In this document: in pieces, positions 1 to 11,347 of the stretch
Layout of the letters: each line of letters starts with the position of its first letter
How positions within the stretch are numbered: the first letter of the stretch is position 1
Assembly (NCBI GenBank): GCA_965285935.1
Contig: OZ260667.1
Span: forward strand, 61,876,001-61,940,000
Direction: 5' to 3'
DNA length: 64,000 nt
From: Ophelia neglecta
Taxonomy: Eukaryota
Notes under the pieces: model-generated
Told to the model about the DNA's origin: nothing
The model's database searches: none
Seen by the model: the letters and a program-made list of their open reading frames with translations, nothing else
Position numbers and translations under genes: made by a program

Positions 1-2209
1 AAACAAATTATTCTGATCAATACTAAATGTGACACGTGCTCTTTATTTGTTGATGATCCAGTCCAAGAAAAACATTTCTTGAAATGAGAATACAACAAAT
101 AATTAGGCCGTGTACGTGCACTTATAGTTTATCTTTAAACGCAGTCTTATTGTTCAGACTCAAGATACTAAGTTGCATTGTAAATGTACGATTGAAGAAA
201 TCTATATATTTTCATTAGAATACACGTATAAACGAGTGAGAAATGTTTGAAATACAATTTCTTAACGGTATTTTTTGGCCTTCCCTTGCCCTTTGGAATG
301 AGACAGGGCTTTAATTTCGCAAAGACTGTTTGAAAAAAGAACCCATTTTTTATGTTATCACTGACATGTATTTTTTGGCGAACTGAAAATTTGCAAAAAT
401 GAAGAAGCAGTTTCAAACATTACAGGACTATCGGAAACAAAGAATGGAATAGGCCAATCTTTATTGATGTACTTATTCTCATAGCAGACCTGCTGACATA
501 GATAAATATTTTAGGTACGGGTTGGAGGAGGGTATATCAGGTTGAGGGAGTGGGGGTGGGGGGGGGGGGTGGCTGCGACGTTGGTGTCTACAAGGGTGTC
601 GGCCCATTGAAAGAAACGGAAGTGAACACCCGGGGGAAAATGCAAATTTATTAATTAAGGTAATCAACAGTAACAATCAGATTCAAACGTACTTACATCA
701 ATCTTCAGCTTCCCAGGAGTTGATAAACAAGTATTGAAATTAAGAATAAGAAAGTAAAATTCTAACAATTGAAAAAAGAAGTATTCAACAGTTTTCCCCG
801 ACACAACGTGTATTTTTATTTTATGTTTAACTAATTCATTCAACAGATGTGACAGACTATCATTACGTAAGCGCATCGATCATGTCCGTCTCTCTAGTCG
901 GAGAGTAGGGCTGCATCATGTTAAAAATCACATTTGCGATATAAACAAAGAAATCATGGCAAATGTATGGAAGATATGTCGCATGTCAGGAATGATCGTG
1001 TATGTAAATAATGCATAAAAAGAACAACAATTAATTTTGTTTTTTTGTCTTTTTCTTTTCTTAAGAAAAAACAACAAATTGTCCCGTCTAGTTCCTCAAT
1101 CAAGGTCCATATTTGTTTTATTATACATCCATTCAAATATTAATTAATTGCACATCGGAACAATCCCTACCATTGTCATAACCAATGAAATCACCTAAAT
1201 CTTCATTGGATCTTATAATAGCTTGCACAGTACATATTAATAGTCTGGTTCATGTCCAGATAGCTTCCTTGGCTAAGAGGTTTACCGTATTATGTTCTAC
1301 AGTAATTCTCCTGAGGCGCCACCTGTGCCATATGTAATTGTCTGGAAAGGTAAACGGAGAATAAGTCGGTAGAACAAGCGCTCAGCGGCAAACAAGACAA
1401 GTCTAGTCCACAGTTATCATCCAATCAAATATACCCTGGATGTATAATGATATGTGTTAGAACTTTGCTGATTAGTTGCATCGAGCCCAGAGATTGGATG
1501 TCATACGCGGTAACCCTGCCATGGACACCATGCCTCGCTCATTCTTGGCATTTGTAGTGCCAACAGCGATAACGATACGCTTGATAATGTCCCATATTAA
1601 TATGTCTGCGATATTACCTAGTTAACTATGGAAAATGGCAACTAGTCATAAATGTTTTTGGAAAATTTGAAAATAATTTGTATCAATAAGGAACATCTTT
1701 GAATACATTCAAAACGCCCTTTCAAGCAAGTTATGTGTAAGTGGTTTGCTGACTAGTTCTTTATAAATAATTGATTCCCAGTCGTGTCTTTCCCAGCTCA
1801 TCTTGCATACAATTTTTTCAGTGTCTGATAAGGTTTTGTTTTTGTTAGGGCTTACCCTACTTTGACAATACAGGTTCAATACCTAGAAAAGTACTCAATG
1901 GACTGTCCCATTCAAAATGTCTCATAATTGTGGGTTAATTACCCCGTTCGATTAATATTTCATAACAAAAGAAGCAACTTTTATGGTCAGCCCTACTCGC
2001 CTCTGCAGTCGATGATGGACCGTCAATGGTAACCGGCATAGCATTGTATTACCCATACTAACAATTTCTAAGTGATCAATATTTTGTTGTACACAATTAA
2101 TAATTCATTACATTGATCGCATGTTTCGAATGTAGTTATCGACATGTTATAACAAGATTACACAAGGACTGAGATTTGACTTGGCAGTTAGTCTAGTAAC
2201 GGTAACAGC

Positions 2210-5200
2210 ATGGCGAGGAGGGACATCTTCCGTGTGTTCCTCTACAGTATTGTACTGGTCTGTTTGGCGTCCTGCGCCCAAAACGATGTCTCTATGACAT
2301 TTTATAGGCAAAATATATGTTCTACAAATCCCATTGAAACTTACGTTGCCTATCGTTCTGGATGTTCCATGGAATGTCTAAGTAGATCTAGAAGAGGAAA
2401 CCAGTGTAGGGGGTTTGTTGTGAGACCAAGGCAGGAAGAAGACGTGTTTCTCTGTCACATGGACTCCGGTAACACTAGCAGTCATCTGTACTTGTCATCG
2501 ACAGTCACAGACGATACCTACTACCAAGGTTACGTAAGAATAAATAGTCATCCAAAGTTTCATTTTTTCCTGTAAATCAGGACTGCATGTTGAACTTTCC
2601 TTCGCATTTAACCAACATTTTAAATTTTTTAAGCTTTGCTACAATCTCGCATTTTTTTTAATTAATTTGACCGCGCACAAGTTTAACTCTACAACATGAA
2701 GAATACAACATAACAAGTTGAATGTTTTATACGTTGAATCGTTTAATCACGTTCATTAACGTGGTATACCTAAATGTATATGGGACCTTACGTGTGATTT
2801 AGCTGTGATGAGCTGTGCAATTCCTGGCGTAATATTTATTTGCTAATTGCTACCCAAAAACAATTAATGTCACTAGGAGTGTTCCTGTTTCTAAGAAAGA
2901 CAGGTTTTCGGCGGACAGGCATTGACTATAGTTTCTTTTCAGCATATATGTGGCATATTTCTGCTGGCACTTGGCGACTTTTTTGAATGAAGAGAATCAT
3001 TCTCACTATTGCCTTGTCTATTGAACTCTTAAGCTCAATATTTTGTTAGTGTGATGCCAATTAAAACTATCATTAAAAAGCATTAACGCTAATATTAATG
3101 CCCGAGATGTGAAATGTCGTCAAATTCCTGATGGTGGTGTCTATTGCTATATATACATTTATTCATTCGATCAATATTCTGTAGTAGACAATAGATAAGT
3201 TATAAAATCGAAGGTAGCTTGGCAGATATCCTGGTAGGTGTTCTAACAACATGGCACACACATAAAACTTGTTCAAACACAACTTCAATGAAAGTTTTGT
3301 CTCGTTGTCGATCATGGGGAGTTTATGGGAAATTATAATAAACAAAACAAATGCGCAACCAACACATTTGAGTTTGAGGGTTCGTGTGCAATGTGCCCTA
3401 CTGCGCTACAGGGCTGTATAGAGGGAATATTGTGAGACCACAGCAGGGCGAAGAAGGCGCTCTCTGTAATCTAAACTCTGGCAACACTACTACTCTGTTG
3501 CATTGGCCAGCAACAATCATTCAGGATACGCACCAGGGTAAAAAAAACAGCAAATAAAGTCATTTCTCCGTTGTTTTTGTTGATAATCCTCATTTAGCGC
3601 AAAAATGCAGTTTAGGACATTGTGTTTACGCCCACTACTTATCTATGAAAACACAATTACGTAAGATATTTTATTTTACCATGCGAATGCAATTCATAAT
3701 GAACTTTGTGACATATCTACTTTCGCTATTTTGATACAGCCACAATGATAATCAATTCCACGTTATGTTTAGTAGTAGTGAATGTATGAAATCTCAAGTA
3801 TAAGTTGTAGAAAAATATTATTTTTACAGTCATAAAAGTAACAATTTTGACACTTGTCTTGTTGGCAGCATAGCCAGCAACTCCTTTTATAGTCTAATTA
3901 GCAATATTATAGTTCTGAAATATTTTTATAATAAATAATGATTATACAAATAAATTGTATATGTTTTATAATTAATAACACCGTAATAAAGCTTGCTTTC
4001 TTGTTAATCTATAGAATTGACAGTACTATGCAACTAGCTTTATTAACCACATTACAGGTTATGCATCTACTCGATCAGTGGAGGAGGCAACAGGTAGAAT
4101 ACTACTTTGGTACCAATTCTTAAACTGCAAAATACCATGCCATACTACTTTTGCATTCCAATTAGACATTTCGAAATTACAAATGATCTCGTGGAGTTTT
4201 ATAGTTGATAGTCGTTTGGTAGTGGGTACGGACATAGTAGTACACAGCGGATGTGGGAAGAGCAAAACCCCTTTATCATTACATGCAATTTTAATGAGTT
4301 TTGTACTACTCAAAGCAAAATGATATTTGGGGTCTCTCAGTAAGATGCCTTCAACGTTAGGACCCCATTTATTTCGATCCCGTTTAAACATACTTTTCTT
4401 TTAACCTTAATCAACACCACAGGACGACTTCTGTCAGCCTCTTCTTCATATCAATCTCGAGCGGATCACGGGCCTCAATGTTCAGTTCTCGGTGTGCCTA
4501 AACCAGGCAGCTGTCACAGCGGTGCTTGGGCTTCTGGCTCTCAGATGGTCAATGAATGGATTCAGGTGGGCTGACATTATTCTTGAACTTTGGTTTAAAC
4601 AATTTTATAAAAACATATACCTTGTTATTGATATGGGTTGCCAGAGCAGATGAGTTATGGTTTTGTACGCAACATGCAACGTGTGCGTTTTGCATTCTTC
4701 TGGCTGGATAGGCATTTACCTAGCAGCGAACTTATACAAGATTATTGCTCGGCAGGATCTTATTTCTCTGACGACTCACCCTTTGTGTACTTGCCCAGCG
4801 CATATTAATTGTGGCGCTGGAGAACGATCATTAAACACCACTATAGACCATATTGTTATCAAAACGTCTACTCTAGACTTGATATAACCCTGCGCAGTCA
4901 TGGAGAACAATGCTTTTAACCTCAGTGATCAACTACCGATTGTGGCAAAATAGTGATGCAGTGGCAACTCTGTGTTAGTCCGTTGTTGCTGTCCTAACAG
5001 AGGCCGGTAACAAACACGTTTCAAAGTCAAAGTATATACCCTCTTTAAGCCCGTATTGGAAACCCTGTGGTCTAAGCTCCCCCAAACAAAATGTCATGTC
5101 AAAGCGTCACACGTGGACTACAGCTGGCAAACCAAGAGGAAACCACCGACTCTTCAAGCAATATAAATAAGCAAAACGTTTTTCAGATCCAGAATGCGGC

Positions 5201-7118
5201 AATGTGATATTAATCTAAAATGGGAATTCCAAATGGACTTAGAGTCCGCAGACGTTAATCAGAACCTGTTGTGGAAAGTGGTGCGTAACTCTTACGCCAA
5301 ACAGGCGTCTGAAACACTCGAACTGAAAGTTAATGATAAAACATTGAGATCATCTGAAGATATAGTGCACACCTGGTAAGAATACATTTCATGTCTCTAC
5401 ACCCCTTTTGAGGAGCCAGGCTTTGGTAATGGATACAAAGCACGAGAAGAAGCCAAGTTTGAAAATACCGAACTTTCCTTATTGAATCACGTCAGCCAGG
5501 GGACTTACATGAATGACACCTTATTGAACAAGCCGATTCTCATAAGTGAACTCCGAAGTTATGTTGCCAAGATGGGTACAGGAAAAGCCCCAACCATGAT
5601 AATTTCACGAATGAAAACCTAAAATATGGCGGTTTAAAATGTAGGAGAGCCCGTACCTCTTTATGTGTTCCACCGTGTGGTCTAAAGAGGGTTGTCATGT
5701 TTGGCATAATACCATTTTCCCTACTGTTTCAAAATTAATCCACCTGGCACAGATGTTTAAACAAGTGGGTCCTATTTTCTAATCGTCATATTTTGATATA
5801 CATAATATTGTAAAGTCTGTATTCTTATATCATGCAAAAAGAGGAAATAAAGATAATATATATGGTTACAATTTGCATTATTGTGATATGCCGTAGTATC
5901 TTACAATTCGCCCACGTGAATTTAATTTTTTACCTGTATGGTTTATAACAAGACAAAATAGAACTTTGTATTTGGACTTTCTGAGTTTCATCGCCGCAAT
6001 AAGTGACCGTTGAGGTGGGCCATCTTTTGAATAAAAATGAGAATTAAAAAAATATCTGAACCTGGCCTAATATTGGACCACATGATATGTCTTTCACATC
6101 AAAATAAGATTACTTAACCTGAGGGGTCGGACACGTTCAATATTCCGGACTATAAAAGGAATATTGAGTGTGATAGTTTGGCGGCATAAGTTACAATTTC
6201 GTCTGTTACGTGACTGTTCATCAAATTAGTTTTTAATTGATTTATATTTGGTTATGATTGTAGGCGGACCTAGGTATACCTTACGATATAGTCGCCATTG
6301 CCACAAAAGGAAGAAAATCTGGCCAGTCACAGTGGGTAACGTCATACAAGCTAGCCACCTATGACGGAAGTGAGGTCATATTTTACCCCGATGGGGTAGA
6401 AGAAACAGCCAAGGTAAAGCACAAGAAGCATTTCTATAAAATCTCAATTGTTATCACTAAATGACTTATATAATCACGTGGCTAAATGATCGCCGCTTAT
6501 TTTCTGAAAATTGACAATTTAGAGTACGTTGAATTTTATTATATCGGTGCAAGTATTATACCTAGATACTATTTTTATGCTGGGCTAAAAGCATATGTCT
6601 CTCTACCAATCATTTAAGAGAACCTAAGCCCAGTGAACCTGCTGTGCGAGTACATTATGCTGTGTTGGTATATTTTTTCAGAAAAGTTCCCCGATTTAAG
6701 GTTATATTACACATAATAATGTGTTCTCCGCTATAATGCGATGATACATATTAAACAGGATTTTCAACATAAGGTTGTAGTCCCCATATGCAACTGCCAA
6801 TGATATAGAGTTATATTTAATAGCGGTTGTCCGACAAGTTTATATAAGCTATATTCAAATGATTACCCTGAAGTAGTTATGTAATCAAGCAAAAGCTTCT
6901 GCAGTTTCTTATGAATATCCGTCACCTTCCACTTGTGCACATTTGAAATACGTCATTTATACTTTCTTCAGCTTTTCAGTGGAAACTCTGACGAGGATAC
7001 TGAAGTTAAGCACACCCTGTGTCCCCCTCTAGTGGCCAGAAGAGTAAGGCTGTATCCTATTACGTACAGTGGTTACTGTAGTCTCAGGTGGGAGCTGTAC
7101 AGCTTCGCAGCTGCATAA
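2210..7118 (+). CDS. Secreted PAN/apple + F5/8 type C (discoidin) protein, subfamily A copy A1 (splice sites weakened; may be decaying)
   Basis: Exons 2210-2528, 4058-4093, 4405(or 4423)-4565, 6264-6413, 6972-7118; phases 1,1,0,0; about 270 aa with no internal stop. Hydrophobic signal peptide; PAN-like C-x3-C...CRGF...C; FA58C motifs LSASS, AW, EWIQADLG, IATKGR, QWVTSYKL, FSGNSD, ARRVRLYP, SLRWELY. The intron 2 acceptor reads AA (AG in paralogs) and the intron 1 donor is GTTACG. Confidence 0.8.
3251..3537 (+). pseudogene. Decayed signal+PAN exon-1 copy inside intron 1 of A1
   Basis: aacaacATGG start context; remnants KQNKCATNTFE and VRPQQGEEGALCNLNSGNTTTLL; ends at cag g|gtaaa donor; has stops and frameshifts. 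Confidence 0.8.
4690..5640 (+). mobile_element. Degenerate non-LTR retrotransposon ORF2 fragment (end of APE endonuclease to start of RT) in A1 intron 3
   Basis: Remnant motifs TTIDHIV, NLSDQLPIV (SDHxP), LLWKVVR, GKAP..DNFTNENLKYGG; absent from intron 3 of A2; boundaries approximate. Confidence 0.7.
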
Positions 7119-8198
7119 ATCGAAACAGAAACGAACATAATCTGAACAAAATATGAATGAACCGATATTATAACAAACTATTACGATAACTGATTGTTAT
7201 GTCCACTGTTAGATAACCCAGTACACGTTTACGACCTCCAAACGACCTTGGACATTGATCCTGACGCTCTGCTTATATACCGAATAATCATTACCTTGTT
7301 AACTGTATATCAATATTGAAGGCTTCTGTGCGAACAAGGTTGTAATCAACATAAAAATATGTTTGCGATATAACCGTGGAATCATGGAAATCACGCTTGC
7401 AATTCAGTTAGGGTTGACGACCTCCAAACATCCTTTGACATTGATTGATTTCCTCTTTGTTTAATATTTACATAGTAAGCCATTTATTGTGCAAACAAGG
7501 TTATATTACCACGTTATTATGTCTGGGACAAAGCCTAGATTACCATGGAAACAGGAGGCGGGAATATGTATATCGGGATATCATGCATAAAAATTTTGTC
7601 TGAAGAGTATATAAACCCATGTGTCAATATTTTATTTTCTCAAAGTTCATCACAACTAGTTTAGTACGCGCTAGACTTTTCTGCATTGTTTGTTTAAATG
7701 ATTACTTTTTTCAGGTATGTTACATAATTATCTTTAGAAGAGTACCTTGCGACCCTTAGGGTTTTTATCTCAAGGAAAACCAACAATAACCAAATCTAGG
7801 GAAAGCAGTTAATAAATTTAAGTCCTTTCTTTTACTTCTTGTAATGCAGCTGGGAAACTATTGGGCTTTAATTTTTAACTACGAGATTTAATGTAATAAT
7901 CTTACATTCTGAAATAATTTGTGCGGAAGAATGATCAGGTATTGATAATATTAAGGTTCTAACTCGGCCTGAGCTGTCTAGGTTTACTCCCACGAGACCA
8001 GAATAACAAAGGAAACCCGATAAAGCAACATTCCTGTCTCTGCATGATTTAAACAAAAACATCTATGATTTTTCAGCCTTAAGCAATGCACACAAGTGAC
8101 CGTCGGCGGTGTAGAACTATGATCTGGCACTCCTCCGAAAACAATAACACGTAATTATCAAGTACAAATTGTTAAGATTTTGTCCTGTATATTCTTAA

Positions 8199-8994
8199 AT
8201 CATCTGAGAAACATAGCTAGGATAAAAACATTTCTGACAAAGGAGGCTCTCAAAACTATTATCCATGCATTGGTCATATCAAAACTAGACTATTGTAATT
8301 CCTTGTATATAGGTTTGCCTAAATGCCTTTTAACTAAACTGCAGAGAGTGCAGAACGCTGCAGCACGGTTAATTTGCAGAGTCCCTTATCGTGAATACCT
8401 CACGCCATTTCTTATGGAACTACACTGGTTGCCTGTTGAAAAACGCATTGTTTTTAAAATTTGTGTACTGACTTTTAAAGCTGTTCACCAGCAACTACCT
8501 AATTACCTGTCCAATTACCTTCAACCCTACACAAGTTCTAAATTTTTAAGATCATCAGATCAAAATCTCCTGACAATACCAAAAATTCGTACTCGTACTT
8601 ATGGTGAGCGATGCTTTCATTATTCAGCCCCTGTGTTATGGAATAGTTTGCCCCAAGACCTTAGAAGCATAAACTCTATTGCATCTTTTAAGAAGAAATT
8701 AAAAACATACTTTTTAAATTAGCTTACACAATCTAATATTTTATTGTTTCCAAATTCGGTTTTTCACCTTGAATTTTATTTTGTTGAATGTAATTAATAC
8801 CTTGTATTGTGTAATTCTTATATTTATTTTTGTGTAATTTATTTGTCCTTATTATATTTTATCAATGATTGTATTTGAGATTGATTGTGTTTTTATTGTG
8901 TTGTATGCTAATTGTTAAGTGCTTTTGAACAATCCATGTACATTGTAAAAAGCGCTATATAAGTGAAATAAATAATAATAGATAATAATAATAA
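8199..8994 (+). mobile_element. 5'-truncated L2-clade LINE (ORF2 C-terminus + 3' UTR + TAA-rich tail)
   Basis: HALVISKLDYCNSL..LQRVQNAAARL..LHWLPV..LWNSLP..FKKKLKT; 3' stem gtgcttttga..aaaagcgc then (aat)n; empty site attcttaa|agggttctaa in the paralogous block at about 51730. Confidence 0.92.
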
Positions 8995-9042
8995 AGTGTT
9001 CTAACACAAGTTGACTAAAATTTAGTTTCCCGGGTTTCAATT

Positions 9043-9285
9043 AGGTCCCGTGTTCTCCTGTCCATAACTATGATAGTCTCTTTGGAGTTTTACATCAGTT
9101 GTGATTTGTTGCCATGTTTTTTTAGAACATATGTGCAACCAATACCTCCGAGGCTTTAGATAATAGGCTTTAGTGTTGTGCCCTAAAGTGTGTCAGCAGG
9201 ACAAGGATGCGTAGAGGGCATACTGTGAAATCAGATCAGTGCAGAGGCGGCGTTTTTTTGTGATGAAGACTCAGGCATCTCAAGT
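9043..9285 (+). pseudogene. Decayed signal+PAN exon-1 copy
   Basis: ctgtccataactatgatagtctct, aacatatgtgcaaccaat, tgtgccctaaagtgt, tgtgat..gactcaggca match exon 1; frameshifted; paralogs at 46703 and 51778. Confidence 0.75.
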
Positions 9286-9449
9286 CAAATGATTATATCG
9301 GACACCCATTTATATTCCTTGATCATATATATCATACAATTATTACGGACGTAGCCGGTTAGAAGCACGTTCAGACTCTAGTGCGGATGTCGGGCACCTA
9401 TTTAAGGTGCTATAAGTATGGGTTGCACAAAAGACTTCGTTATAAACCA

Positions 9450-9640
9450 CCTGATGCAACTAAGTAAACGGAACATTTTCGCAACAAACAGAATTGAGGT
9501 CTTGTTAGGATTCATGGCGAATGTGCCCTCAACTGTCTGAGAAGAGGAGGGCTGTGTAGAGGGGTTTTTGTAAGACCATAGCAGTAAGTATTCTAGACAA
9601 GGCATCCCTAGAAATGTGCTGTATTATAGAGCAACACTGT
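9450..9640 (+). pseudogene. Decayed PAN exon-1 copy (5' part missing)
   Basis: gcaacaaacagaattgaggt, gaatgtgccctcaactgtctgagaagaggagggctgtgtagagggg (ECALNCLRRGGLCRG); frameshifts and stop. Confidence 0.8.
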
Positions 9641-11347
9641 TAATATTAATGGTGCAATAGCAGTAAATATCCCAAGGAAACTAAGAGTCCCCTTACACTC
9701 ATAACAGACTGGTAACGGTTTATCGCCGGGCGGAAAACAGCGAGGGGGGGTCATGATTGTGCAAAAAAGAAGAACATCTTGCACGTTGAAAGTATATATT
9801 ATTTTTAGATAATATAAGTCAGGTATATATAAAAATAATGTAAAGATGATAGCATGATGCACAGACTGTACAATCTAAGTCAGACACTTATAAATGGCAG
9901 AATGGTAAACATTTGTAGAATTTAAGGCATAGTGGCAGCTTACCCAAATGATGAAAACTAAACCAGTGAATCAAACATGACCACTTGGGTGCAGCACTGG
10001 CAACACCAATGAACTAAAATGGTGAGTAGTAATGGTATGGTATCCATTCGGCAAATAGGAATCAATTATGCTGACAGCCTCTGCCCACCCCACCCCCCTC
10101 CCACCCCCACCCCCATAGAAGTATTGGGAAAGTTAAGAAGTTATGTTATAATTTCAATATGATATGTAAGAAATTAATACCAAAAAACATGAAACATTTC
10201 GTTGATGATATTGGCCAAACGAACTCTGTCACAAAGGTTTTAAATATATGTACCCATCCCGCTCCTCATCTTACAGAGAATAACCCCGACACTGATACTA
10301 ACCCTACCGTTGTCCGTGGATCGAGGTCGATGTTGGCAGAGTTTACCTATACGAATTTGATTTAATTATACTAGTAAATAAGTAAGTTTATTTGTACTTC
10401 AGGCTCAACGCCCATGGTACATTAATAATGATACAAAAAATATAATGCTACAGGACAGAGATTCTAAAAAAAATTTAATTATACTAAAACGAAATGTAAG
10501 TCGTTTTGGACTGGATCGTAAGGAACGCTTATGAGACAACATGCAGTTTATTCACAGAACACACCGGAAACATATCCAATTCAACTTGTAGGGACAACTG
10601 GTATTTATTGAATTCTATACTATTTAGGGTATATATACACGCAAGTTACTTATATAGCTCGCTCTACTGCCGCTTCACGGCTGTTAGAGAGATTTCTATA
10701 AGCATGGGTTGACCAAACATTTCGCTATGAACAACCTGGTAGCGTGTGTGATGAATTTATCGAAACAACTTTATAGTATACAATGTCAATTGTATTATCT
10801 GCATGAATATCTGATACCAGATAGCCATGGACTAAAAGCTATGATACAAGGAGGATCGATGGATACGCTTTTAACCACTAAGAGCCATGTCATGTAAAGA
10901 AGTGGAGGATGTTGAAAATGGGCAAAATAGTAACCAGGCACAGCCGCACGTACAAAACAACATAATATTTCCTGGTCAACGCCATCACGTATTGTGTTGT
11001 TTCTACCTAATCAAACATTAGTTTTGTTGTCTTAAAGTGTTTCCTAGCTAAAGACTATGTACACTGCCATTGTGTTTTTGAAAGCTACAACAAACACGGA
11101 ACAATTATCATCGATCTTTTCAGTGTTCTATATATCCTTCTTCATATAGTCTTCATGTCTCGGGGGGTATAATACTCTCGTCTTTCATCCTTCTCTATTC
11201 AGTTTATAAGACAGTGTGCCATTGGCCAGTCTTAAGATTGTTGGGAACTACATATAGGCGAGTCAAACTTGTTGTGATAACAAAATGACACCATCGTTGA
11301 CCAGATGGGGCGCAACTTTATGAACATACACTAGCAGTGTTAGCGAC

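Noticed and set aside
545-575. G-quadruplex-prone G/C tracts (also 10081-10115, 40250-40320, 48710-48735)
   Set aside because: Variable homopolymer tracts with no evidence of function from sequence alone.
1240-1600. Structured ncRNA, ribozyme or tRNA-derived SINE (hairpins ttggca..tgccaa, agcg..cgct; gcccggatagct at 58715)
   Set aside because: Conservation with 58700-59060 is explained by the segmental duplication; no full tRNA, hammerhead or HDV core could be built.
2210-2575. Treating the 116-125 aa ORFs (2210, 11348, 40999, 49057, 61572) as complete single-exon genes
   Set aside because: Similarity between subfamilies ends at a conserved phase-1 GT donor, and in-phase downstream exons exist; the tails are intron read-through.
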